Assembly: GCA_018895075.1 (NCBI GenBank)
Contig: JAHIOW010000066.1
Location: 913-64,912, forward strand
Source: Candidatus Omnitrophota bacterium
GTDB lineage: Bacteria > Omnitrophota > Gorgyraeia > Gygaellales > Profunditerraquicolaceae
Reading direction: 5' to 3'
Length of the DNA: 64,000 nucleotides
In this document: piece by piece, positions 1 through 8,766 of the stretch
Position numbering within the stretch: the stretch's first letter is position 1
How the letters are laid out: each line of letters starts with the position of its first letter
The notes under the pieces: generated by a model
Databases searched by the model: none
Seen by the model: only the letters and a program-made list of their open reading frames with translations
What the model was told of the DNA's origin: nothing
Translations under genes and position numbers: made by a program

Positions 1-469
1 TTGATTTTTCTAGATACGTCGCTAATCTGTCTAGAACCTCATCGAGCATGCCTGAGGTCTCGCCTGCCCTCACTATATTTATAAAAAGTTCGGAGAAGGC
101 ATTAGGGTGTCTGGCCAGGGCATCGCAGAAACTCATTCCTGCCTCGATATCCTGGCGCAACATTATAACTATACCTTTTAAATTTTTATTCTCAATCTGC
201 TCTCCTAATATCCCTAACGACTGGACCAAAGGGATACCCGCGTCAATCATCGTGGCTAATTGGCGCGAGAAGATAACCAGGTCATCATCTTTTATTTTTT
301 TTGCCTTGGTTTTCGTTTTTAAATCTTTCTCTTTTACTGGCTCAACGGAAATAACCACCAATTCTTTATTATGCAGGGCATTGGCGACCTCAACATCTGA
401 GGCGCCGTCTAACATACCAACTACTGTAAGTCCATCCTTATCTTTGGCGGTATAGCGATAAGTACTCAT
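1..469 (-). CDS. pilC: Type IV pilus assembly protein PilC / GspF-family platform protein (N-terminal part; gene continues beyond window start)
   Basis: Manual translation from the ATG at 469..467 gives MSTYRYTAKDKDGLTVVGMLDGASDVEVANALHNKELVV...DDLVIFSRQLATMIDAGIPLVQSLGILGEQIEN...AGETSGMLDEVLDRLATYLEKS with no stop before position 1. The ORF table misses it because there is no in-window stop. The sequence is a typical first T2SS-F domain. Confidence 0.7.
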   Translation of the reverse strand, partial: MSTYRYTAKDKDGLTVVGMLDGASDVEVANALHNKELVVISVEPVKEKDLKTKTKAKKIKDDDLVIFSRQLATMIDAGIPLVQSLGILGEQIENKNLKGIVIMLRQDIEAGMSFCDALARHPNAFSELFINIVRAGETSGMLDEVLDRLATYLEKS

Positions 470-472
470 TCT

Positions 473-1549
473 TTATATTGGTAATTTATCCGCAATCTTT
501 AAGAAAGCATCAACCACTTTTGGGTCAAACTGTTTACCGCTATTTTTTTTAATCTCTGCGATCGCCTCTTCTTTCGGAAGCGGGGTTTTTCTATAAGCAC
601 GCGCTGAGCGCATGGCATCATAGGCATCTGCCAGATTTATTATACGCGCACCCAGAAGAATCTCCTCTCCTCGCAGCCCTTTTGGATAACCCCCACCATC
701 ATAGTGTTCATGGTGTTGTCTCACTAACTCTACCACCGCACCTAAAAAAGTCAGTGGTTCTAAAATCTGTGCAGCAGTTTGGGGGTGAAGTTTTACCTGC
801 TTCCATTCTTCTTCAGTCAGGCTAGAGGGTTTGGAAAGGATACTGTCTTGAATCCCGATTTTACCTAAGTCGTGCAATTCGCAGGCCTCTCTAATCAGCT
901 CAGTCTCATTGGCAGAAAGGCCCAACTCTTGAGCAATGAGCACAGCGCATTTGGCCACGTTTTCAGAATGACTATGGGTGTAATGATCCCGGGCATCTAT
1001 GGCCTGGGCCAATGCCTTAATTGTACGCATATAAGTTGAGCGCAGGTCCTCATAAAGCCGTACGAGATTTTTTGTTGACTCCTCTATTCTTTTGGCCAAT
1101 AGAGTATTCTGCTTTTGTAAATTAACTGACTGCTCTTGAAAACCCTGCATTAATTTACGATGCGCAGCCGTCAAGGAATGCAACTCTACGCCTTTTTTAA
1201 TAAGAAAAAATAACTTTTCTAAGTTAACGGGCTTGACAATAAAATCATAAATTCCCAGTTTGGATATTTCTCTTAATAGGCCGGGGTTGTCATTTTCGAA
1301 AAACGCAATGACCACGCAATCCGGGTCTATCTTTTTTAAGGCCTTGAGGAATCCTGGAGTATCCAACTCCGGTTTACCAAATTTGGCAATAACCACATCA
1401 AAACTATTCTGGCTAAAATCTCCTAAGGCTGCTTGTATATCAGACGCGCAAGAAACCGAGCAATTGCCCTTAATCATTAATTCTTCCATAAAATACCTGG
1501 ATGCTGTATCGTCGTTATCAAACAATAAAATCCTGGGGTTTTCTCTCAT
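473..1549 (-). CDS. Response regulator with N-terminal receiver domain and C-terminal HD-GYP phosphodiesterase domain (RpfG-like c-di-GMP hydrolase)
   Basis: N-terminal REC-like segment (ILLFDNDD...FDVVIAKF). HD motif HDLGKIGI and HHEHYDGGGYP (HD-GYP signature). Confidence 0.8.
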   Translation of the reverse strand: MRENPRILLFDNDDTASRYFMEELMIKGNCSVSCASDIQAALGDFSQNSFDVVIAKFGKPELDTPGFLKALKKIDPDCVVIAFFENDNPGLLREISKLGIYDFIVKPVNLEKLFFLIKKGVELHSLTAAHRKLMQGFQEQSVNLQKQNTLLAKRIEESTKNLVRLYEDLRSTYMRTIKALAQAIDARDHYTHSHSENVAKCAVLIAQELGLSANETELIREACELHDLGKIGIQDSILSKPSSLTEEEWKQVKLHPQTAAQILEPLTFLGAVVELVRQHHEHYDGGGYPKGLRGEEILLGARIINLADAYDAMRSARAYRKTPLPKEEAIAEIKKNSGKQFDPKVVDAFLKIADKLPI

Positions 1550-1552
1550 AGG

Positions 1553-3271
1553 TTATTCCTCTGTAGTTACTCTGATCGCTTCATCCAGGGTGATGAGTCC
1601 TTCTTTTACTTTTAAAAACGCATTTTCTCTTAATGTCTTCATGCCGCAATCTCCAATAGCATATTGTTTTATCTCATCAATCGATTTTCTTTTTATAATC
1701 ATCTCCCGGATATTATTATCAATCATAACCGTCTCCAGGATAGCTATTCTACCATAAAACTTCGTATTATTGCAATATTTACAGCCTCTGGCAGTATAAA
1801 AAGTTGCTTTTTCTTTAAAGCCGATTTTCTTCAAGAAGTCCTCGGGTATATCTACAGACTCTCTGCATTTAGTACAAATCTTCCGACAGAGTCTCTGGGC
1901 GCAAAGCATAATAAGACTGGATGCAACCAAGAATGGTTCAACCCCCATATCAATAAGACGGGTGATACTGGAAATGGCATCATTGGTATGCAGCGTAGAG
2001 AAAACTAGTTGGCCGGTCAATGATGCCTTTATGGCGATATCCGCGGTCTCGGCATCCCTTATCTCGCCAATCATAATTACATCAGGACTCTGTCTTAATA
2101 GGGCACGCAGCCCTGAAGCAAAATCAATGCCGATCTCAGGCTTTACCTGGATCTGGGTAATCTCTTCAATCTGATATTCTACAGGGTCCTCAATAGTAAT
2201 GATATTTTTATCTGGAGTATTTAACTGGTTTAATATCGAATATAAAGTTGTGGATTTACCTGAACCTGTAGGCCCGGTAACTAAAATCATACCAAAGGGC
2301 TTGGCTATCGCTGCCTTAAATATATCTGTAGGTTGCCCGGAAAAACCCAATTTATCTAAACCCATAGATAAATTGGATTTGTCAAGTATGCGCAGGACAA
2401 ACTTCTGGCCAAACGTCGTGGGCAGGCCTGAGACACGGAAGTCTATCTCTTTACCCTCAAATTTTACCTTAAATCTTCCATCCTGTGCGATACGGTTTTC
2501 AGTAATGTCCAGGTCCGAGATAATCTTAATCCGGGCAAGAATCGCATTCTGGTTTGTCTTAGGAATTTGGAATATATCATGCAGTGAACCATCAATACGA
2601 TATCTTATCCTTAAGGCATCCTGCTCTGGTTCAATATGGATATCAGAGGCCCTCTTCTTTAAGGCCTGAGTTAACATAAGATCCACTAATTTTACAATGG
2701 GTGCCTTCTCGCTCTCTTCTTTGATGGCACTGGTAAGCTCAATCTCTTGCTCCTTAAGTAATTCTATATCTTCTTCTTTCTCTAAATCTGTTTGCCCCGA
2801 AGAAGCCTCTTCTAAAATCTGCTGCATATTTTCAGATTCCCCGTGATATTGTACCTGTATAGCTTGAGATATTTCCTTTTCGGGGCTTAAAACAGTATCA
2901 ATATTACAGCCGGTAAGGAGCCTTAAGTCATCCAAGGCAAAGATATTTAAAGGGTCAGACATAGCCACAGTCATGGTATTACCTATTTGAGACAATGGAA
3001 TAATATTATATTGCCTGGCCATGCGTTCAGGGACGAGTTTAATAATCTCAGTGTCAAACTTATATCTTGCAAGATGCAAGGTAGGCATATAAAGCTGCTC
3101 TGACAAAAGAGAAAGTAAGCCCTCTTCAGAAATAAACCCCTCCTTCACCAATATACTTCTTAAAGGTATCTGCTTTTGTTTCTGTATCTCCAATGCCTTC
3201 TCTAATTGTTCTTGGCTAAGATGTTTACTTTTGACTAATATCTCGACTATATTCTTTTTTAGTGTCTGCAT
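1553..3271 (-). CDS. pilB: Type IV pilus / type II secretion assembly ATPase PilB/GspE family, paralog 1, with N-terminal MshEN (T2SSE_N) domain
   Basis: Walker A VTGPTGSGKSTT, Asp/His boxes, C-terminal tetracysteine CRKICTKC...GCKYC. N-terminal T2SSE_N domain includes RSILVKEGFISEEGLLSLLSEQ. Confidence 0.85.
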   Translation of the reverse strand: MQTLKKNIVEILVKSKHLSQEQLEKALEIQKQKQIPLRSILVKEGFISEEGLLSLLSEQLYMPTLHLARYKFDTEIIKLVPERMARQYNIIPLSQIGNTMTVAMSDPLNIFALDDLRLLTGCNIDTVLSPEKEISQAIQVQYHGESENMQQILEEASSGQTDLEKEEDIELLKEQEIELTSAIKEESEKAPIVKLVDLMLTQALKKRASDIHIEPEQDALRIRYRIDGSLHDIFQIPKTNQNAILARIKIISDLDITENRIAQDGRFKVKFEGKEIDFRVSGLPTTFGQKFVLRILDKSNLSMGLDKLGFSGQPTDIFKAAIAKPFGMILVTGPTGSGKSTTLYSILNQLNTPDKNIITIEDPVEYQIEEITQIQVKPEIGIDFASGLRALLRQSPDVIMIGEIRDAETADIAIKASLTGQLVFSTLHTNDAISSITRLIDMGVEPFLVASSLIMLCAQRLCRKICTKCRESVDIPEDFLKKIGFKEKATFYTARGCKYCNNTKFYGRIAILETVMIDNNIREMIIKRKSIDEIKQYAIGDCGMKTLRENAFLKVKEGLITLDEAIRVTTEE

Positions 3272-3277
3272 CGCGTA

Positions 3278-4993
3278 TTATTCATCAGGTGCGGTTACCC
3301 GCAAGACCTCTTCCAGCGCGGTTATGCCCTTTAATGCCATCTCTAACCCCTGTTCTCTGAGCGTCTTCATCCCTTCCTGGCGTGCCTGTTGTTTTATTAA
3401 ATGTTCTTGGGGCTGGCTTAATATCAACTCCCGGATCTTAAGCGTTACCAGGAGAATCTCGGCAATAGGTATCCTTCCGCTATAACCGGTATTAAAACAG
3501 CGCGGGCAACCCTTGCCTTTAAAAAATTTAGGATTCTTACTCGTATCGACGGCCAATTTTAAAGTATCCATGATCTCTTTTTTTATAGGGTGTGGTTCCT
3601 TACAATGAGTGCAGACCTTACGCAGGAGTCTCTGAGTAAGCACACAGACCAAAGATGAATTAATTAAATAGGGTTCAACCCCCATATTAACCAGGCGTAC
3701 AATTGCCCCGCTGGATGTGGTAGTATGTAAAGTAGAAAGAACAAGGTGGCCGGTAAGGGCGCTCTTAATGGCAATATCTACAGTCTCATAGTCGCGTATT
3801 TCACCAATCATAATCACATTAGGATCTTGCCTTAATATGGAGCGCAGGGCAGAGGCAAAAGTCAGGCCTATTTTGGGCCGGGAGGTAACCTGATTTATCC
3901 CTTCCAGCTGATATTCTACAGGGTCCTCAACTGTAACAATATTCTTAGAGGGCGAATCTACAAATTTTAAAATTGAATATAGTGTCGTAGTCTTACCGGA
4001 GCCTGTTGGCCCGCAGACAAGTATCATACCATGCGGAAGCTTGGCTGCTTTTTTCAATTTAGAGATTCCCTCTTCAGCAAAACCTAATTTGTCTATGTCC
4101 AGGAGCGCGCAAGATTTATCCAATATGCGGATAGCTACTTTCTCGCCTAAGCTGGAAGGAAGAATGGATACGCGAAAGTCTACTTCTTTTCCTGACATCC
4201 TGGCCTTAAAGCGGCCATCCTGAGATAATCTGTGCTCGGCAATATTTAAATCTGACATTACCTTGATACGAGAAACAATAGGCGGATGCATATTTTTAGG
4301 AGGCGCTTGTTGCTCTTGCAGAACACCATCGATACGAAAGCGCACTCTCAACTTTTTGTTCAATGGCTCAATAAGTATATCTGAAGACTTCTTATTAATC
4401 CCTTCTTCCAGTATCATATTGGTAATCTTAATTACCGGCGCCTGGCGGCTAATCCGGTTCAGTTCTTGGTCATCAGGCAATACCTGTTGTTCTTCCTTTA
4501 TAAGTTCTATGGAAGAGGAAGCCATCTCTTTAATCAAACCGTCGATGACGCCCGTGGTAGCATCAGGATAGTAGGCCTCTATGGTCTGTAATATATTTTG
4601 GCTGGAGGAGATAATCGGATTTATCTTATAACCCGTAAGGGCCTCTACATGGTCAATGGCAAATATATTCAGAGGGTCTGCCATAGCCATGGCAATAGTA
4701 TCGCCCATCTTGGATATAGGAACTATTTGATAATGGCGGGCAATGTTAACGGGAATAATCTTTATTACCTCCTGGTCTATCTTAAATCGTTTTAAATCAA
4801 TCAAGGGGAAATTCAATGTTTCGCTTAATAATAAAATAAGCTCGTTTTCTTTAATAAAATTTAAATCTACAAGGATATCGGAAAGCCTCCCCCCTTTTTT
4901 CTTCTGCGCCTCTAAGGCCTGATCAAGCTGTTCCTGCGTTATAAGCTTATTATTAATGAGTATTTCGGTCAGGTGCTCTTTTAAGGAAACCAT
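3278..4993 (-). CDS. PilB/GspE family secretion ATPase, paralog 2 (tandem duplicate), with N-terminal MshEN domain
   Basis: Walker A VCGPTGSGKTTT, C-terminal CTHC...GCPRC. N-terminal RLSDILVDLNFIKENELILLLSETL matches the MshEN c-di-GMP-binding motif pattern. Confidence 0.85.
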   Translation of the reverse strand: MVSLKEHLTEILINNKLITQEQLDQALEAQKKKGGRLSDILVDLNFIKENELILLLSETLNFPLIDLKRFKIDQEVIKIIPVNIARHYQIVPISKMGDTIAMAMADPLNIFAIDHVEALTGYKINPIISSSQNILQTIEAYYPDATTGVIDGLIKEMASSSIELIKEEQQVLPDDQELNRISRQAPVIKITNMILEEGINKKSSDILIEPLNKKLRVRFRIDGVLQEQQAPPKNMHPPIVSRIKVMSDLNIAEHRLSQDGRFKARMSGKEVDFRVSILPSSLGEKVAIRILDKSCALLDIDKLGFAEEGISKLKKAAKLPHGMILVCGPTGSGKTTTLYSILKFVDSPSKNIVTVEDPVEYQLEGINQVTSRPKIGLTFASALRSILRQDPNVIMIGEIRDYETVDIAIKSALTGHLVLSTLHTTTSSGAIVRLVNMGVEPYLINSSLVCVLTQRLLRKVCTHCKEPHPIKKEIMDTLKLAVDTSKNPKFFKGKGCPRCFNTGYSGRIPIAEILLVTLKIRELILSQPQEHLIKQQARQEGMKTLREQGLEMALKGITALEEVLRVTAPDE

Positions 4994-4999
4994 TTCTTT

Positions 5000-5449
5000 T
5001 TATTCCTTATCTTTATAATATCTCTCTATAGCCCCTTTGATATCCGAAGACGTAGAAACAAAGATCTGAACCTTGCAATTAGAAACTAATTCCACGTCCT
5101 CGATTGCCTGTTCATTAAGAGGATTGGACATAGCAATACTGAGATTGTCTTGAATCCTATCTATGGGTACAAGCAGATATTGCCGCGCAACCCTTCCGGG
5201 AATAATATTAATAATTTCATCATCAATCTCATAGTTAGACAATGGTAAATATGGAAAACCGTATTGCATGGTTAAGGCCTTGGCAATATCCTCTTCTTTT
5301 ACGAATCCCAAATCTACCAGTATCTCACCGATAAGACCGTCTTTTTCTTCTTGTAGCTTTAAGGCCTTATCCAGTTGTTGCTGGCTAATCATTCCATCAT
5401 CAATGAGTAACTGGCCTAATTGTTTTTTTCTTATCCTTTTAATTGGCAT
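5000..5449 (-). CDS. Standalone MshEN / T2SSE_N-domain protein (putative c-di-GMP receptor), probable start at Met 5449
   Basis: About 150 aa containing only the GspE N-terminal domain. It has the motif LIGEILVDLGFVKEEDIAKALTMQ (RLGxxLLxxGLLxxxxLxxxLxxQ-like). Starting at the internal Met (MPIKRIRKK) removes the overlap with the upstream gene's stop at 5451. Confidence 0.65.
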   Translation of the reverse strand: MPIKRIRKKQLGQLLIDDGMISQQQLDKALKLQEEKDGLIGEILVDLGFVKEEDIAKALTMQYGFPYLPLSNYEIDDEIINIIPGRVARQYLLVPIDRIQDNLSIAMSNPLNEQAIEDVELVSNCKVQIFVSTSSDIKGAIERYYKDKE

Positions 5450-5450
5450 C

Positions 5451-6866
5451 TTAAATGACAATGCGATTCTTGCCTTCTTTTTTGGCAAGACTAAGCAATT
5501 CCTTTGCCTTACTGATCAATTCTTCGGCCTCTATGCCATCAAGGGGGTTCTCGCTTACGCCTCCGCTAGCGGTAAGTTTCCTGTCTGCCTCTTGCTCTGA
5601 GCTAAAGGCATACTCTATCTTCTTCCTTATATCATTAGCTATCTTTTGCGCTTTACGTTTATTTTTCTCAGGCAAAACAACAGCAAATTCATCGTCAGCT
5701 ATTCTGGCCACGCGGTCAATCTCAGTAACAGAGTCTCTAATCGAATAGGCAATCTTCTTTAAGGCGTTCTCAGCTTGTAATGAACCGAACTTATTGCGAA
5801 ATCCTCCAAAATTGTCAATACCAAGGAGGATAAATGCGCAAGGCCGCTGAGAGACAATCGCCCTTTTTATCTCTTCTTGTAAACGATTGCGGATAAATAC
5901 CTCATTGTATAAACCTGTAAGTCCGTCTTTTATCTCTAATTTTTCCAGGCGATGCAGCAATCTGTCGTTTTCCTCGGCAATAGCCAGCTGTTTGGCTAAA
6001 ATATCCAGCAATTCTATATCAGCTTTCTTATATGAAAAGAGCTCCCGGCTATTTCCAATACCCAGTATTCCTATTATTTTTCTTCTTAAAAATATCGGTA
6101 AGGCCAGGGTATTCTTTAGGTTAAATTTTTTACGGAAATCTGCGTTTAGGTTTTCGGGTAGCATATTTTCATTATCTAATATGACTGGCCCGCTAGTCTG
6201 AAGGAATTTATTAAATATGCTCTCTTTGCGTTCTATCTTAATTTTTAATACCCGCTCTGAATTTATGCCATCAGCTGCTTTCATATAAAAAGCCTCATTC
6301 CCTTCCTCTATATAAAGAAGATAGGATAGATCGGAATCAGCCAGAAATTTTGATTTTTCCAGAATAAGTTGAAGTATATCTTCTAACTTGGCATCTTGAG
6401 AGATTAAAGAACTTATCTGTAATAATCCGGAAAGCGTAAGGACGTGTCTCTGTATCTTGAGATTTATCTCATTGGTCCTCTCGTTATAACTCTTCAATTC
6501 ATTCATGTTACTGCGAATACCCTGGGTAAGTTTATTTAACGAATCCGCTAATTCACTCACTTCATCCGCGGGAGTTATTTCTAATTTGCGGTTTATATCC
6601 CCGGCGGCAATTAATTTGGCCTCATTACTCACAGAAAGGATACGGTCAAACACTTCCTTTATCAGGAGAAAACCAATTATACTGATAAATATACTTATCA
6701 GAATGGAGAGGACTATGTCTAACTGAAAACCCAGATATGGCAATATATAATTTGCAACAAGGTATATGCATACCAATAAAGGCAGTATAGACATCAGATA
6801 AAAGGATACCTTTAATTTATACTTAAGCCCTTGAGCAGCTAAAGAAATATTTTTATCCTTAGGCAT
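5451..6866 (-). CDS. Membrane HAMP-GAF-GGDEF domain protein with degenerate active site (RIADDEF instead of RxGGDEF); probably catalytically inactive, possibly a c-di-GMP sensor/effector
   Basis: Two N-terminal TM helices, HAMP-like linker, GAF-like region, then GGDEF-fold GLTGLYNEV...LLGIDNFGGFRNKFGS...RIADDEFAVVLPE. Confidence 0.75.
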   Translation of the reverse strand: MPKDKNISLAAQGLKYKLKVSFYLMSILPLLVCIYLVANYILPYLGFQLDIVLSILISIFISIIGFLLIKEVFDRILSVSNEAKLIAAGDINRKLEITPADEVSELADSLNKLTQGIRSNMNELKSYNERTNEINLKIQRHVLTLSGLLQISSLISQDAKLEDILQLILEKSKFLADSDLSYLLYIEEGNEAFYMKAADGINSERVLKIKIERKESIFNKFLQTSGPVILDNENMLPENLNADFRKKFNLKNTLALPIFLRRKIIGILGIGNSRELFSYKKADIELLDILAKQLAIAEENDRLLHRLEKLEIKDGLTGLYNEVFIRNRLQEEIKRAIVSQRPCAFILLGIDNFGGFRNKFGSLQAENALKKIAYSIRDSVTEIDRVARIADDEFAVVLPEKNKRKAQKIANDIRKKIEYAFSSEQEADRKLTASGGVSENPLDGIEAEELISKAKELLSLAKKEGKNRIVI

Positions 6867-6915
6867 CTTCTCCTCCTTTATTCTTTTAAGTTAACGTTAT
6901 ATTATACTTCTTATT

Positions 6916-8670
6916 TTATTCTAAGGCAATAGCCAGGTTGGCTTCTCTAATAAGCTCCTCTTTACTTATGCCCATATCTAAAAAGTCCCACGGTAAAACT
7001 TCATCCTTGGACTTTTCTCTTAAATAAAAATTAGGGTTTATACCTGATTCCTTAAAGGCATCAAGCCACTTATCCAGCATAAAATAATTATCCCAGGCAT
7101 CAAATTTTGCGCCTTTACTAAATGCCCTAAGGATAACCTCGCTCAATCTTCTATCTCCCCGGGATAATACCCCTTCCAAAAAACCCATATCAGGATTATG
7201 CAGGCTCAATTTTAGTTTATTATTTCTTATTTTTCTTTTAAGATAACCCTGTTTATATCTTACACTCTCCAAGTCTTGCATCTTAAGCCACTGAAACGGC
7301 GTATGCGGCTTGGGGATTAATGTATTTATGCTGATATTAACCTGTGCGGGCCTCTGGTTGATTTTTTTTCTTAATTCTGATACCTGGTTAGCAAAACCTA
7401 TAATCGCATCCAGGTCTTTCTCTTCTTCTGTGGGCAGGCCAATCATAAAATAGAGTTTTATGCGTTCCCAGCCGCAAAGATATGCCTGTTCTATTGCCCT
7501 GAAGAAATCCTCAAGATTAAAATCTTTGGCCAGAATCCTGCGTAGCCTTTCAGTAGCAGCCTCAGGCGCAAATGTAAAACCTGTCTTTTTAATCGTAGCA
7601 ATTAACGCAGATAGATTTCCTACTGTAGTCTTTGGTTTTATAGAAGGTAAAGATATGCTGATGCCTTTTTCTTTAAATAAACCCACTAATTGCCTTAAGA
7701 GTTCTTCCACATCTCTATAGTCGCTTACTGATAGCCCGCCTAAGGATATCTCTTCGTAACCTGTACGTTTATATACATCCGCGGCCATGTTTATTATATT
7801 TTTTACACCCCTTTGCCTGAAAGGGAAATACTGGAGTCTGGACTGACAGAAGCGGCATCTATTGGGACAACCGCGCATAACCTCTATGCTGATGCGGTCG
7901 TGAACTATCTGAATATAAGGTATCACCCAGTCTAAAGGAAAATATGCGCTGTCTAAATCTTTTACGAAGCGCTTCTTAATTTTGGTGGGGATACCTTTGA
8001 CCTTGGGCCTTAACTCTTCTATTTTTCCTTCATTGTTATATATCGCCTCGTATAATGATGGCGCATATAATCCCTGGACACCGGAAAACATAATTAGTAA
8101 ATCTTGCTTATCTATCTTGCCTGCCTTAAATTGTTTCTTAGACTTTCGATAGATATCAACTATTTCTATAATTGCATCCTCTGCTTCTCCAATAACAAAG
8201 AGGTCAAAGAACTCATGCAGGGGTTCAGGATTCAATACGCAAGGTCCGCCACCGATAACTAAAGGATGGCTTGAGTCGCGCAGGGAAGATTTTAAAGGGA
8301 TCCCGCCTAAATCCAGGATATTTAATACATTAGTGCAGCCTAATTCATAGCCCAGAGAAAATCCAATTATGTCAAACTCCTTAAGCCTCTTTTTAGACTC
8401 CAGAGAAAAGATTTCTATATGCCTGTTGCGCAAGAATCTTTCCAAATCTAAATCTGGAGAAAAAAACCTCTCACAACAGGCATCTTGGATATTATTCAAT
8501 ATGCCATAAAGGATCCTCAGGCCTAAATTGTTCATGCCTATTTCATATAGGTCAGGAAAACACAAGGCAAATTTTATCTGCTCGGGGTTAAAATCCTTCT
8601 TTACCGCATTCCATTCTCCGCCGATATAACGGCCCGGCTTTTTTACCTGTAATAGGATATCGTCTAACAT
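6916..8670 (-). CDS. Radical SAM family protein with N-terminal B12-binding-like domain (TIGR03960-like, uncharacterized)
   Basis: N-terminus MLDDILLQVKKPGRYIGGEWN is typical of that family. CX3CX2C cluster motif GCPNRCRFC. Confidence 0.6.
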   Translation of the reverse strand: MLDDILLQVKKPGRYIGGEWNAVKKDFNPEQIKFALCFPDLYEIGMNNLGLRILYGILNNIQDACCERFFSPDLDLERFLRNRHIEIFSLESKKRLKEFDIIGFSLGYELGCTNVLNILDLGGIPLKSSLRDSSHPLVIGGGPCVLNPEPLHEFFDLFVIGEAEDAIIEIVDIYRKSKKQFKAGKIDKQDLLIMFSGVQGLYAPSLYEAIYNNEGKIEELRPKVKGIPTKIKKRFVKDLDSAYFPLDWVIPYIQIVHDRISIEVMRGCPNRCRFCQSRLQYFPFRQRGVKNIINMAADVYKRTGYEEISLGGLSVSDYRDVEELLRQLVGLFKEKGISISLPSIKPKTTVGNLSALIATIKKTGFTFAPEAATERLRRILAKDFNLEDFFRAIEQAYLCGWERIKLYFMIGLPTEEEKDLDAIIGFANQVSELRKKINQRPAQVNISINTLIPKPHTPFQWLKMQDLESVRYKQGYLKRKIRNNKLKLSLHNPDMGFLEGVLSRGDRRLSEVILRAFSKGAKFDAWDNYFMLDKWLDAFKESGINPNFYLREKSKDEVLPWDFLDMGISKEELIREANLAIALE

Positions 8671-8685
8671 AATACAAATACCGAG

Positions 8686-8760
8686 ATTAAATTACCAATT
8701 ACCAATTGGAGATTGGTCATTGGTAATTTATTTGACATTGGGAATTGGCAATTGGTCATT
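8686..8760. promoter_or_regulatory. Array of CCAATT/ATTGG direct and inverted repeats with a TTGACA hexamer, upstream of the radical SAM gene (candidate operator/promoter region)
   Basis: aattaccaattaccaattggagattggtcattggtaatttatttgacattgggaattggcaattggtcatt. The core CCAATTGG is palindromic and the ATTGGTCATT unit occurs twice. Confidence 0.3.
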
Positions 8761-8766
8761 AAGGTT

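Noticed and set aside
48-455. 135-aa plus-strand ORF
   Set aside because: It lies antisense inside the pilC reading frame (minus strand, clear PilC N-terminal domain), and its translation is low-complexity.
1260-4795. Multiple 60-165-aa plus-strand ORFs (1260..1757, 1664..2008, 1962..2174, 2199..2669, 3231..3485, 4041..4223, 4263..4571, 4598..4795)
   Set aside because: All are antisense to the HD-GYP regulator and PilB ATPase genes, which have strong motif support. They have no recognisable domains.
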